Shown: piece by piece, positions 13,368-25,095 of the stretch | Layout: the number at the start of each line of letters is the position of its first letter | Position numbering within the stretch: position 1 is the stretch's first letter | Source of the DNA: Mobula hypostoma | Taxonomy: Eukaryota | DNA: 64,000 nt | Direction of reading: 5' to 3' | Assembly: GCF_963921235.1 (NCBI RefSeq) | Contig: NC_086108.1 | Location: forward strand, 88,166,001-88,230,000 | Notes under the pieces: model-generated | Told to the model about the DNA's origin: nothing | The model's database searches: none | The model's input: only the letters and a program-made list of their open reading frames with translations | Program-made: the position numbers and the translations under genes

Positions 13368-13657
13368 AACTGAAGGAAGGGTTAGTAAGAGATTTGAAAG
13401 TGGGAGGGGGCGGGGGAGATCCAAAATGATAGGAGAAGACAGGAGGGGGAGGGATGGAGCCAAGAGCTGGACAGGTGATTGGCAAAGGGGATATGAGAGG
13501 ATCATGGGACAGGAGGCCCGGGGAGAAAGACAAGGAGGGGGGAACCCAGAGGATGGGCAAGGGGTATAGTCAGAGGGACAGAGGGAGAAAAAGGAGAGTG
13601 AGAGAAAGAATGTGTGTATATCAATAAATAACGGATGAGGTACGAGAGGGTGGGGCA

Positions 13658-15317
13658 TTAGTGGAAGTACGAGAAGTCAATGTTCATGCCATCAGGTTGG
13701 AGGCTACCCAGATGGAATATAAGATGTTGTTCCTCCAACCTGAGTGTGGCTTCATCTTTACAGTAGAGGAGGCCGTGGATAGACATGTCAGAATGGGAAT
13801 GGGATGTGGAATTAAAATGTGTGGCCACTGGGAGATCCTGCTTTCTCTGGTGGACAGAGCATAGGTGTTCAACAAAGCGGTCTCCGAGTCTGCGTCGGGT
13901 CTCTCCAATATATAGAAGGCCACATTGGGAGCACCGGACGCAGTATATCACCCCAGCCGACTCACAGGTGAAGTGTCGCCTCACCTGGAAGGACTGTCTG
14001 GGGCCCTGAATGGTGGTAAGGGAGGAAGTGTAAGGGCATGTGTAGCACTTCCGCTTACAAGGATAAGTGCCAGGAGGGAGATTAGTGGGGAGGGATGTGT
14101 GGGGGGGGGAACGAATGGATAAGGGAGTCGCGTAGGGAGTGATCCCTGCGGAAAGCAGAGAGAGGGGGGGAGGGAAAGATGTGCTTAGTGGTGGGATCCC
14201 GTTGGAGGTGGCGGAAGTTACGGAGAATAATATGTTGGACCCGGAGGTTGGTGGGGTGGTAGGTGAGGACAAGGGGAACCCTATTCCTAGTGGGGTGGCA
14301 GGAGGATGGAGTGAGAGCAGATGTGTGTGAAATAAGGGAGATGCATTTGAGAGCAGAGTTGATGGTGGAGAAAGGGAAGCCCCTTTCTTTAAAAAAGGAG
14401 GACATCTCCCTCGTCCTGGAATGAAAAGCCTCATCCTGAGAGCAGATGCAGCGGAGACGGAGGAATTGTGAGAAGGGGATGGCATTTTTGCAAGAGACAG
14501 GGTGAGAAGAGGAATAGTCCAGATAGCTGTGAGAGTCAGTAGGCTTATAGTAGACATCAGTAGATAAGCTGTCTCCAGAGATAGAGACAGAAAGATCTAG
14601 AAAGGGGAAGGAGGTGTTGGAAATGGACCAGGTAAACTTGAGGGCAGGGTGAAAGTTGGAGGCAAAGTTAATAAAGTCAACGAGCTCAGTATGCGTGCAG
14701 GAAGCAGCGCCAATGCAGTCGTCGATGTAGCGAAGGAAAAGTGGGGGACAGATACCAGAATAGGCACGGAACATAGATTGTTCCACAAAGCCAACAAAAA
14801 GGCAGGCATAGGTAGTACCCATACGGGTGCCCATAGCTACACCTTTAGTTTGGAGGAAGTGGGAGGAGCCAAAGGAGAAATTATTAAGAGTAAGGTCTAA
14901 TTCCGCTAAACGGAGCAGAGAGATGGTAGAGGGGAACTGGTTAGGTCTGGAATCCAAAAAGAAGCGGAGAGCTTTGAGACCTTCCTGATAGGGGATGGAA
15001 GTATATAGGGACTGGACATCCATGGTGAAAATAAAGCGGTGGGGGTCAGGGAACTTAAAATCATCAAAAAGTTTAAGAGCGTGAGAAGTGTCACGAACAT
15101 AGGTAGGAAGGGATTGAACAAGGGGGGATAAAACCGTGTCGAGGTATGCAGAAACGAGTTCGGTGGGGCAGGAGCAAGCTGAGACAATAGGTCTGCCAGG
15201 ACAGGCAGGTTTGTGGATCTTGGGTAAGAGGTAGAAACGGGAAGTGCAAGGTGTGGGAACTATAAGGTTGGTCGCAGTGGATGGGAGATCCCCTGAGCGG
15301 ATAAAGTCGGTGATAGT
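13658..15317 (-). pseudogene. Penelope RT and GIY-YIG endonuclease ORF (5'-truncated, frameshifted near the G-run at ~14100)
   Basis: Motifs FYLLPKIHK, GRPIVS, MDVQSLYTSIP, GVAMGT, LRYIDD, FLDL, YKPTD; Cys linker PCKRKCYTC; VIYCVRC...LYIGETRR. Confidence 0.9.
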
Positions 15318-15346
15318 ATCGCTTCCTACGCGCCTCCCTTGTCCAT

Positions 15347-15799
15347 TTGTCCCCCCCATCCCTCCCCACTGACCTCCCTCCTGGCACTTATCCTTGTAAT
15401 CGGAACAAGTGCTACACATGCCCTTACACTTCCTCCCTTATCACCATTCAGGGCCCCAAACAGTCCTTCCAGGTGAGGCGACACTTCACCCGTGAGTCGG
15501 CTGGGGTGATACACTGCGTCTGGTGCTCCCAATGTGACCTTCTATATATTGGAGAGACCCGACGCAGACTGGGAGACCGCTTTGCTGAACACCTACGCTC
15601 TGTCCGCCAGAGAAAGCAGGATCTCCCAGTGGCCACACATTTTAATTCCACATCCCATTCCCATTCTGACATGTCTATCCACGGCCTCCTCTACTGTAAA
15701 GATGAAGCCACACTCAGGTTGGAGGAACAACACCTTGTATTCCGTCTGGGTAGCCTCCAACCTGATGGCATGAACATTGACTTCTCGAACTTCCGCTAA
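15347..15799 (+). pseudogene. Inverted copy of the Penelope GIY-YIG domain
   Basis: PCNRNKCYTC...VIHCVWC...LYIGETRRRLGDRFAEH, highly similar to the minus-strand domain at 13658-14100. Confidence 0.85.
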
Positions 15800-16093
15800 T
15801 GCCCCACCTCCCTCTCGTACCTCATCCGTTATTTATTGATATACACACATTTTTTCTCTCACTCTCCTTTTTCTCCCTCTGTCCCTCTGACTATACCCCT
15901 TGCCCATCCTCTGGGATCCCCCCCAACTTGTCTTTCTCCCTGGACCTCCTGTCCCATGATCCTCTCATATGCCTTTTGCCAATCACCTGTCCAGCTCTTG
16001 GCTCCATCCCTCCCCCTCCTGTCTTCTCCTATCATTTTGGATCTCCCCTTCCCCCTCCCACTTTCAAATCTCTTACTAACTCTTCCTTCAGTT

Positions 16094-16130
16094 AGTCCTG
16101 ACGAAGGGTCTCGGCCTGAAACGTCGACTG
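16094..16130 (+). ncRNA. Minimal type I hammerhead ribozyme motif
   Basis: agtc-CTGACGA(16098-16104)-agggtctcggcct-GAAA(16118-16121)-c-GTC-gact. Confidence 0.8.
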
Positions 16131-17074
16131 TACCTCTTCCTAGAGATGCTGCCTGGCCTGCTGCGTTCACCAGCAACTTTGATGTGTGTTGCTTGAATTT
16201 CCAGCATCTGCAGAATTCCTGTTGTTTGCCGGCTTTCCCATGTTGGCCTTGGCCAACCACATCCCTGAAGCGAAGAGCAGACTTAGCACTCTGAATGGCT
16301 TCAGATGGGGCCCACTTCCTCCCCATTGCCACACGGGATGGGGGGCACTGTTTCAATAACAGTATCTTCAGATTCAGTGAGGATCATGACCAATCTTGCT
16401 TTGGTGCATTTGAATTCTTCCACAAGACTTGCAACTGGTAATTTCAATTTGCCGTTCCTGTACAGTCCAACGGGACTTAAGCATCGCAGAAGTCCAAGCC
16501 ACTGTTTTACATATGTGCTGATCATTCTTTCGAGCTTTTCAACCTTGCTGATGGGGATTTCATACTCTGTTAAAAGCCACATGAGTCTTGGGAGTATGCT
16601 GAACTGGAAGCACCACTGCTTGAGTTTTCCTGGCAGCCAGGTCTTGTTGATGCGAGCTATGTACATGATGGTATCCTTTTTCAGTTGATTAAACTCAGTA
16701 CTCTTGAGCTTAGCTTCATACCATTGGCCCAAGCTCTTCACTGGCATTTCTGAAACAGTTGGGACAGGTGTCAATGTGACATCTTTTATCTGTGACGTGA
16801 CCTTTGACAATGGAGATGCTTCTACACTTGCTGGGCTTGATCTCCAAACTTGCCCATGTGATGTTTTGATGAAGCTTCTCCAGAAGTCTCTTGGTGCAGG
16901 GGATAGTTGTCATTAATATCGTTATTTCGTCCATATAGGCTCATATCAGTGGTAACCGTTGACCAGACAGTAGCCCTTTTCCTCCTACAACCTATTTTGA
17001 GGCTCTGATAATGAGCTCCATTGCCATAGTGAAGGCCAAAGATAAGGTAAGGTAGTAAATCAGCTTTGTGGAGA

Positions 17075-17521
17075 AGCCAGAGGCTGGCAGTAGATGGTTG
17101 CCTCTCTGATTGAAGGCTGTGACTATTGGAGCACCACAGGGATCAGTGCTGGATCCTTTGCTGATTATCATCTATGTCAAAGGTCTGAGAATGTGGTCAA
17201 TTGGATCAACAAGTTTGTGGATGACACCAAGAATGGGGTGTAGTGGATAGCAAATAAGGCTATCATAGCTTGCAGAGGGATCCGGATTGTCTGGAAGAAT
17301 GGCAGATGGAATTTAATGCAGACAAGTGCAAGGCGTTTACTTGTGTAGGACTGACAAGGGTAGGACTTACACAGTGAGCGGTAGGACACTGAGAAGCAAA
17401 GGAATCTGGGAATACAGGTGCATAATTCATTGAAAGTGGCATCTCAGGTAGAGAGGGTCATAAAGAAATATTTTGGCACATTGGCCTTCAAAAATCAAAA
17501 TATTGAATACAGGAGTTGGGA
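17075..17521 (+). mobile_element. Decayed CR1-type LINE fragment
   Basis: ggagcaccacagggatcagtgctgg (GxPQGSVL) and aagtttgtggatgacaccaag (KFxDDTK). It is cut by the ERV LTR at 17522. Confidence 0.7.
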
Positions 17522-17874
17522 TGTTCAAGGCAAAGCTTAGCAATCAGTGTCTTAATATTTAGTGGAACTCCAGCAACGCTACCGAATGGCGAAGTAGCAA
17601 AAATATGTTCTTGAGCAGCAATACATTTTACTTAAGTGTTAGTTCTCAAAAAAAATATATCAGGCAAGCTGGCTCAACCGCAGACATATGAAAATTCTCA
17701 GAAAAAAGAAGTACAGATGCAGTTATTTTTATATCTCGGTTGCGAGGCACATTTCAGTCACACAGAGTACATTAGTTACAGATAAATGATTGTGGACTTC
17801 GAATGCACATTTTAAAACAAATCATTAGCCCCCAGTGCCCAATACAATGCAAGGCCTTGATATTTTCTTCCACT
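17522..17874 (-). repeat. ERV 3' LTR (~353 bp)
   Basis: On - it follows the polypurine tract AACAAGGAGGGAAC, has a TATA-like GATATAAAAA (~17726-17735) and ends ...CCTTGAACA. The 5' TG appears as AG. Confidence 0.7.
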
Positions 17875-17899
17875 GTTCCCTCCTTGTTAATCTTCTAGA

Positions 17900-18370
17900 T
17901 TAACACTCCTTACTACGGTATTGCATCCTCCTGCTCATAAGGGGGTTCATAAGGGGAAGGGCCTCTCCTTCCCTGGGTACAGCTCTGCACCCCAGCAATG
18001 TTCCTTGCTGGCCTTTCATCATTTGGGGTACCACAGGGACACCTTGAGGGCCAGACAAGGCTTTTTTCATTAATTGATAACAGCACAATCGCAATGCTCC
18101 ACGTATACAACACCCTAAAACACATATCATCGCCACTATAGTTATTCCATGCATTATCCAGCTTCCCCAGCCAGAAAACCATCCCTCTATTATCTCCCAC
18201 CACTTTTTCCCTGAATCAAAATCCTTGAACTGTTTCCCTATCTTTCTAATCTCCTCTATCTTCACTTTTATGTGCTGGCTAAGGTCAGTTATATTTTCAG
18301 AGGCATCGGGGATCCAGGTGCAACATTCTTTCCCTACTAACGCACAGACCCTTCCTTCTTAGGCTAATAC
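17900..18370 (-). pseudogene. env: Retroviral env transmembrane subunit
   Basis: VLA*EGRVCALVGKECCTWIPDASENIT (ISD end plus CX6CC), a Trp-rich membrane-proximal region WWEIIEGWFSGWGSW, and a hydrophobic TM helix. Confidence 0.85.
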
Positions 18371-18762
18371 GTCTCCTCCACTTTCCTGTTTCTTTGTATT
18401 TGCCCTCTGACGCTGTTAGGTAATCAATCGATCCCACCCCGAATATGATTATTACCACTACTTCCTTCATGTTAGTCCTCTATTGAGTATATATTTTGTT
18501 AATAATCAGTCACTATGTATATAACATGAGGTGCAGGTTAAAATAAATTTATGTTCCAGTCTCTCAGTAACACATTGCTCTTGGTTCACAGCGCCATTCC
18601 TCTCTCTCTTGGGGAAGATGTCACTTGTTCAGTGTTTTATTTTGTCCTTGTCGTGGTGCAACTTGCACCTGCTGGCATGTATTCAGTCAGGTTTCCCCTT
18701 CTCCTTAACGGCTGTATGGGTCCTCAGCAGCCTGGGAGAGAAAGAATCCTTATTCATTGATC

Positions 18763-20130
18763 TCACATATATTCTCTCTCCCGGCTTAACAGATGCATGT
18801 TACCTTCAGTTAAAGGTGCCTGGGCTTGCCGGACCCTCTCATACAATTTCCCTGCCTCCTGACAGAATGCTTGTGCATATTTCAGTGTCTTTTCATCATT
18901 CCATATTAGCACTACCTTTTCCGGGGTCATGGGAGGCTTAGTTCCTGTTGTCATAGTCCGCCCCATCAAAATTTCATGAGGGGTAAGTCCTGTATTTCTA
19001 TTCTTCTGATTTCGCAGAGTGTACGTTACTATTGCCTCTGGCCATCCGAGACCGTTTTGCTGACAAACTTTTGTCAAAGCTGCTTTTATTTGCCCGTTTG
19101 CTCTTTCCACCATACCTAAGGACTGAGGCTGGTAGGGGACATGCAATTTCTACTGGAACCCCAAGGCTTCCTTCAGTCCCTGTACTAATTTATTTTTAAA
19201 ATGGGTTCCCTTTTCACTATTTATCTTTAGGGGAATTCCAAACCTAGGCATAATTTCTTGCATCAATATGTTCACCACAGTTCTTACATCATTCCTCCTA
19301 GTTGGATAGGCTTCCGCCCATCTAGAAAATATGTCTACTATTACCAATATATACTTAAACCTCCTTTCAGCAGCCATATGTACAAAGTCATTTTTCAGGG
19401 GCGTACCATTGTTGAGTGATGACATGCTGTGTCCCTCCTTTGCCCATTGTGAGCCTGGCCATGTGCTAGGCGAGCCGGGGACAAAAATAAACTATGCGGG
19501 CACACTACTTGGCAGTCTGGGTGATGCCATAGCCTGGCGTTCTGGTAACATGCAGATTTACTTCCAGGCACATTTCTCTTGCTGTGAGGCAAGATTCTGG
19601 GCTTCCTGCAACTGCTAGATGTCAATACACACGGGGAGCTTCTTCCTTCCTGATTCAAGCCGAGGGGTCTATAGCACAGGTTGTCGCTGAAGGACCACCT
19701 GTTTTGCTATCATGTCTGCAAACCGATTTCTCTTGGAGACCTCTTTCTCGGCTGAGGTGTGTGCCTCAGACTTAATTATTACTAAAGTCTGTGGCAACTG
19801 TATAGCTTCTGAAAGTTTCAGGACAAAGGAGGCGTGTTTAATTGCTTTCCCCAATGAGGTGATAAATCCTCTATTTTTTCCACAATTGCCATCATAACGG
19901 GATCAATAGGTTCGCTCTTCAGATCTGGTGGGGAAGTATTAGTGGCTTCCACTGCGAGCAGAGAGTCATGGTTATCCCCATTCTGCTGTGCAGATGGTAA
20001 CGGAACAAAAGTAGCTGGATTAATAGCTGGAGATCTTTTGTACGTACAGTTGGATCGAGAGAGAAGAATCACCTCATAACCTGTCCTTCTGGCTGTGGTA
20101 AAATGCTGAGTAGCAGCTGAATTCTCCCAC
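18763..20130 (-). pseudogene. pol: Retroviral pol (tether, RNase H, integrase) with stops, frameshifts and deletions
   Basis: ORF pieces 19818-20189, 19669-19854, 19150-19425 and 18763-19146 carry collinear class I retroviral motifs. Confidence 0.85.
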
Positions 20131-20131
20131 A

Positions 20132-20208
20132 AGCAGGAATTGAACCCCGATTGGTGAATCTTAGCACTATAAAGTGTTGCACTAACCACTATGCTATTCT
20201 GTCACCCC
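20132..20208 (-). mobile_element. tRNA-derived SINE head fragment
   Basis: Reverse complement has A-box-like tagcatagtgg and B-box-like ggttcaattcc. Similar to the head at ~29850-29915. Confidence 0.6.
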
Positions 20209-20979
20209 AACTAGAAGAAAAGCAATGAATGATGGAAGAGTCAGTGTGGCTTAGAGAAAACTGATGTGAAGAAGACAGGCACTGACTGAACTGAACTTAG
20301 AGTATTTTGACATGAACCCAAAATATATTGTAGAGTGGATTTGTACAGTGTTTTGATAAAGGATTTGTTTATCTTAATGACCCCACACATCCAGTCAATA
20401 CCAGTGGAATTGTCTATAAAGACCAGCAATGAACAAACCAAAATGCTCAGCATACCTCCATTCCAACACATGGAGTTATCACTTACCTCCACATAGATAA
20501 TCAAACATGACAGACGTGATATAGAAACATACTTGCAAATATCCACAAATGCCCTTCCTTCTCCCTTGCAGGAGATTAAACTGTTATCAACAACAGCAGC
20601 TTAACATGAGGCACTGCCACAGTGGAGGAGGGAGCGTTGGGAATAACCATCAGAGAATCTTTCACCAGCTATCACAATGCAGAGTCTGATACTTCTGAAG
20701 CCACAGCTCAATTTCTGGGTCAATGCAGTGCAGCTATTGGGTGAGCGGGAAAGGAGGGATAACCTTGAATGTCAAGGAGAAACGTTGATGCAGTGCACGC
20801 TTGCCTGGTTCTTCTGTGGTATGATGGTAATTCACCATTTAACATTCCAACTATGAAAGAAAGTAAAATCGTTCTGCTTTCAGGCTGGTCTGCCTTTTTG
20901 TTTGTGAACCTCAGGGTCAGAAAATGTGTTCTGATGGAATGTGTAGTGTCTCTTTACATAATTGTCTCCCTTTATTCCA

Positions 20980-21215
20980 GCACATAACAAGTATTGAAGG
21001 AACTCAGTAAGTTAGAAAGCAGCTCTGAAGGGAATCGACCATCAACATTTTGGACTGAGACCCTTCATCACCTTTCAGAATTGATGAAGGGTCTCAGCCC
21101 AAAACATTGATTGTTTATTCCCCTCCATGGATGCTGCTTGACTTGCCAAGTTCCCCCAGCATTTTGTGTGTGTTGCTCAAGATTCCAGCATCTGCAGAAC
21201 GGCTTGTGTTTATGA
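20980..21215. mobile_element. Short Penelope-derived palindromic element
   Basis: Two opposed decayed hammerhead cores (gagacccttcatca / tgatgaagggtctc) and the tail gattccagcatctgcag. Confidence 0.75.
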
Positions 21216-21537
21216 TTTGCTGTCCTTATTCCATCCTCCTCCTCTTCCTTTTACCTCACTCTTCCAGCTGTACACCAGGCAAGGTCTGTAGCCTCTCAGT
21301 TACCAGATCATGTTACCGTGCACACCTGACCATGCAAGCCTCCGGGGTTTAGACCCTCTGAGTCTCTGGAGTATGGATAACTGGCATGGTCCCTTTAAAG
21401 ATCCTGGCTCACTCCACTAACTGCTGGCCTGTTTTGGAACCAGGGTTTGGATATTAAAAGAGCACCTGAACTCAGGTTCAGTGCTTAACTGTCAGCTCAA
21501 CTTTGGTTCAGTCTACGGTTGCAGTTAGGATTTGCAG

Positions 21538-24500
21538 GATAGACAAAGGAGAATCAGTTGATGCTGTGTATTTGGATTTTCAGAAGGCCTTTGACAAGGT
21601 GCCACACATGAGGCTGCTTACCAAGCTACAAGCCCATGATATTACAGGGAAGATTCTAGCATGGATAAAAGATTAATTGGCTGGCTGGAGGCTCAGAGTG
21701 GGAATAAAGGGAGCCTTTTCCGGTTGGCTGCCGGTGACTAGTGGTGTTCCACAGGTATCTGCGTTGGGACTGATTCTTTTTATGTTGTCTGTTAACCATT
21801 TGGATGATGGATTGATGGCTTTTTTGCAAAGTTTGCACAATGATATGAAGATGGTTAGAGGGTCAGGTAGTTTTGAGGAAGTAGAGAGGCTACAGAAAGA
21901 ACAGACAGATTAGGAGAATGGGCAAAGAAATGGCAGATGAAATACAGTGTCGGGAAGTATATGGTCATACACTTTGGTAGAAGAAGTGAAAGGGTTAACT
22001 ATTTTCTAAATGGAGAGAAAATAAACGGAGCTGTAGAGGAGTCCTTTGCAGGATTCCCTAAAGGTTAATTTGCAGGTTGAGTCTGCGGTGAGGAAGGCAA
22101 ATGCAATATTAGCATTCACTTCAACAGGACTAGAATATAAAAGCAAGGATGTAATGCTGGAACTTTATAAAGCACTTTATAAAAAACTTTATAAAGAACT
22201 TTATAAAACACTTGCAGTATTTTGAGTGGGTTTGGGCCCCCGATCTTAGAAAAGATGTGTTGAACCTCGAGAGGGTTAAAAGGAGATTCACGAAATTTAT
22301 TCCAGGATTAAATGGCTTGTCATATGAAGAGTGTCTGATGGCTCTGGGCATGTATTCACTAGAATTCAGAAGAATGAGGGGTGACCTCATTGAAACCTAT
22401 TGAATGGTGAAGGCCTTGATAGAGTGGACATGGAGAATTTATTTCCTATGGTGGGAGAGTCTAAGACCAGACGACACAGCCTCAGAATAGAGTGGTGTCC
22501 TTTTATAATGGAGATGAGCCAAAAGCCGTGGATGAACCAGGATGTATGTCATCTGCTGAAGGCCAGATCTGTGGCATTCAAGTCCGGCAACCCACGCCTG
22601 TACCAGAAAACCAGATATGATTTGCGGAGGGCTACTTCAAGTGCGAAGAGACAATTTCGAACGAGGTTGGAGGCAACATTGGATGCACAGCAACTCTGGG
22701 AGGGTCTGCAAGACATTACTTCTTACAAAGTGAAACCCAATAGCATGAATGGCAGTGATGCTTCATACCAGATGATCTCAATGCCTTCCTTGCCCGCTTT
22801 GAAAAGAAGAACACAACTACAGCTGTGAAGATCCCTGCTGCACCTGATGACCCTGTGATCACCGTCTCAGAGGCCGATGTTAGGCTGTCTTCAAAGAGAA
22901 TGAACCCTCGCAAGGAGGAAGGTCCTGATGGAGTACCTGGTAAGGCTCTGAAAACCTGTGCCAACCAACTAGCGGGAATTTTCAACCTCTCACTGCAACG
23001 GGCCGAAGTTCCCACTTGCTTCAAAAAGGCAACAATTATACCAGTGCCTAAGAAGAATAATATGGGCTGCCTTAATGACTATTGCCCCGTAACATTCACA
23101 TCAATAGTGATGAAATGCCTTGAAAGGTTGGTCATGACTTGACTGAACTCCTGCCTCAGCAAGGACCTGGACCCATTGCAACTTGCCTATCACCACGATA
23201 GGTCAATGGCAGACACAATCTCACTGGCTCTCCACAGGACTCTAGACCACCTGAATAACACAAACACCGACGTCAGGATGATGTTCATCGACTGTAGCTC
23301 AGCATTTAATACCATCATTCCCAAAAACCTGATGGAGAAGTTGCAGAACCTGGGCCTCTGTACGTCCCTCTGCAATTGTATCCTCAATTTCCTAACTGGA
23401 AGACCACAATCTGTGCAGATTGGTGATAACATATCCTCCTCACTGACGTTCAACACTGGTGCACTTCAGGGGTGTGTGCTCAGCACACTGATCTACTCTC
23501 TATATACACATGACTGTGTGGCCAGGCATAGCTCAAATACCATCTATAAATTTGATGACAATGCAACCATTGTTGGTAGAATCTCAGGTGATGACGAGAG
23601 GGCGTGCAGGAGTGAGATATGCCAACTAGTGGAGTGGTGCCACAGCAACAACCTGGCACTCAATGTCAGTAAGACAAAAGAGCTGATTGTGGACTTCAGG
23701 AAGGGTAAGACGAAGGAACACATACCAATCCTTATAGAGGGATCAGAAGTGGAGAGAGTGAGCAGTTTCAAGTTCCTGGGTGTCAAGATCTCTGAGGATC
23801 TAACTTGGTCCCAACGTATTGATGTAGTTATAAAGAAGACAAGACAGCGGCTATGCTTTATTAGGAGTTTCAAGAGATTTGGCATGTCAACAAATACACT
23901 CAAGAACTTCTATAATAGTACCATGGAGAGCATTCTGACAGGCTACATCACTGTCTGGTATGGAGGGGCTACTGCACAGGACCGAAAGAAGCTGCAGAAG
24001 GTTGTAGATCTAGTCAGCTCCACCTTGGGCACTAGCCTACAAAGTACCCAGGACATCTTTAGGGAGCAGTGTCTCAGAAAGTCACCTTCCATTATTAAGG
24101 ACGTCCAGCACCCAGGGCATGCCCTTTTCTCACTGTTACCAACAGGAAGGAGGTACAGAAGCCTGAAGGCACACACTCAGCAATTCAGGAACAGCTTCTT
24201 CCCCTCTGCCATCTGATTCCTAAATGGACATTGAATCTTTGCAACTGCCTCACTTTTTTTTAATATACAGTTTTTCTGTTTTTGCACTTTTTAAGAAATC
24301 TATTCAATATACATAATTGATTTACGTGTTTATTTATTTATTTGTTTGTTTGTTTGTTTGTTTGTTTATTTATCTTCTCTGCTAGATTATGTATAGCATT
24401 GAACTGCTGCTACTAAGTTAACAAATTTCACGTCACATGCCGGTGATAATAAACCTGATTCTGATTCTGAGGAGGAATTTCTTTAGCCAGAGAATGATGA

Positions 24501-24731
24501 ATCTCTGGAATTCTTAGCCACAGGCAGCTGTGGAGGCCAATTCTTTATGTATATTTAAAGCAGAGGTTGATAGATTCGTGTTTGGTCAGGGCATGAAGAA
24601 AACGGGGTGAAGGCGGGAGACTGGGGCTGAGAGGAAAATTGAATCAGCCATGTTGAAATGGCAGAGCAGACTCAATGGGTGAAATGGCCTAATTCTGCTC
24701 CTATATCTCATGGTCTTATTGTCTTATGGTA
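21538..24731 (+). mobile_element. CR1-type LINE fragment split by Rex1
   Basis: LDFQKAFDKVPH, GVPQ, YSLEFRRMRGDLIE and a tcttatgg-type tail. TSD TAGGATTTGCAG / TAGGAATTGCAG at 21526-21537 / 24732-24743. Confidence 0.85.
22519..24467 (+). mobile_element. Rex1/Babar-type LINE, 5'-truncated
   Basis: ORFs 22825-23142 and 23176-24216 ([36 protein letters not shown]). (CTGATT)n tail. TSD TGAG at 22515-22518 / 24468-24471. Confidence 0.9.
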
Positions 24732-24807
24732 TAGGAATTGCAGCTTCAGTAGCTTAATGGCATTTTGCATTAAACTGCTCTTGGACTGTGACTAAGGTTG
24801 TAAAGAT

Positions 24808-25095
24808 TCTTATTTCAAAAGTAAACTTCATTCGTAATAAAATATCTATACAAAGAAAGAAACAGTGCAAGAGCATTCATGGTCATTACACTGAATAGTG
24901 TAAAGTTGTTTTTAAAAGAAAATTGAATAAACCATGCACCTCATGTGGCCACCTGTGGTGATAGATCATTTTCATTGCTCAAGTGTCTTCCTGACCCAGC
25001 TCTGCCCTTTCAAGCACTGTAGTGGAAGAACCCTAGATGCGGTTCTACTCCACAGAGACTTAGCATTGGCTAAGTTTCAGTGCATTCCTCAGTTG
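24808..25095 (-). mobile_element. L1/Tx1-like 3' end fragment
   Basis: Reverse complement encodes LRNALKL-like C-terminal residues followed by a 3'UTR ending atgaagtttacttttgaaataa. Confidence 0.45.

Larger units (their letters stand above)
13270..16228 (-). mobile_element. Penelope-like element (Neptune-like), 5'-truncated, with an inverted copy of its 3' region
   Basis: RT plus GIY-YIG on - (13658-15317) and an inverted GIY-YIG/pLTR copy on + (15318-16228). 13-bp TSD with 2 mismatches: CCGGCACTCCCAT (13257-13269) / CCGGCTTTCCCAT (16229-16241). Confidence 0.92.
12075..17045 (-). mobile_element. Hero-type non-LTR retrotransposon (restriction-like endonuclease), decayed and split by a Penelope insertion
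   Basis: RT YMDE (degenerate YMDD) near 16930, CCHC-like knuckle ending HILTGC...QGRYTLWHNQVL near 12900, and RLE motif PDMVLWS...VVELTVPWE...ERKKTKY...PVEVGCKGF (12402-12701). Confidence 0.8.
17522..20130 (-). mobile_element. Class I (epsilon-like) endogenous retrovirus remnant: pol 3' half, deleted env and 3' LTR
   Basis: Tether TARRTGYEVILLS...INPATFVP; RNase H GKAIKHA...AHT...RNRFAD; integrase ILVIVDIFSRWAEAYP...SEKGTHF...PYQPQSLGMVERAN; env TM CALVGKECC. Confidence 0.88.

Noticed and set aside
15859..16356. 165-aa ORF suggesting a Hero-Penelope fusion protein
   Set aside because: It is chance read-through across the insertion junction into non-coding pLTR sequence.
21311..21537. Possible LTR starting TGTTA, split by the CR1 at 21538
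   Set aside because: I could not find a matching CA terminus or TSD after 24743.
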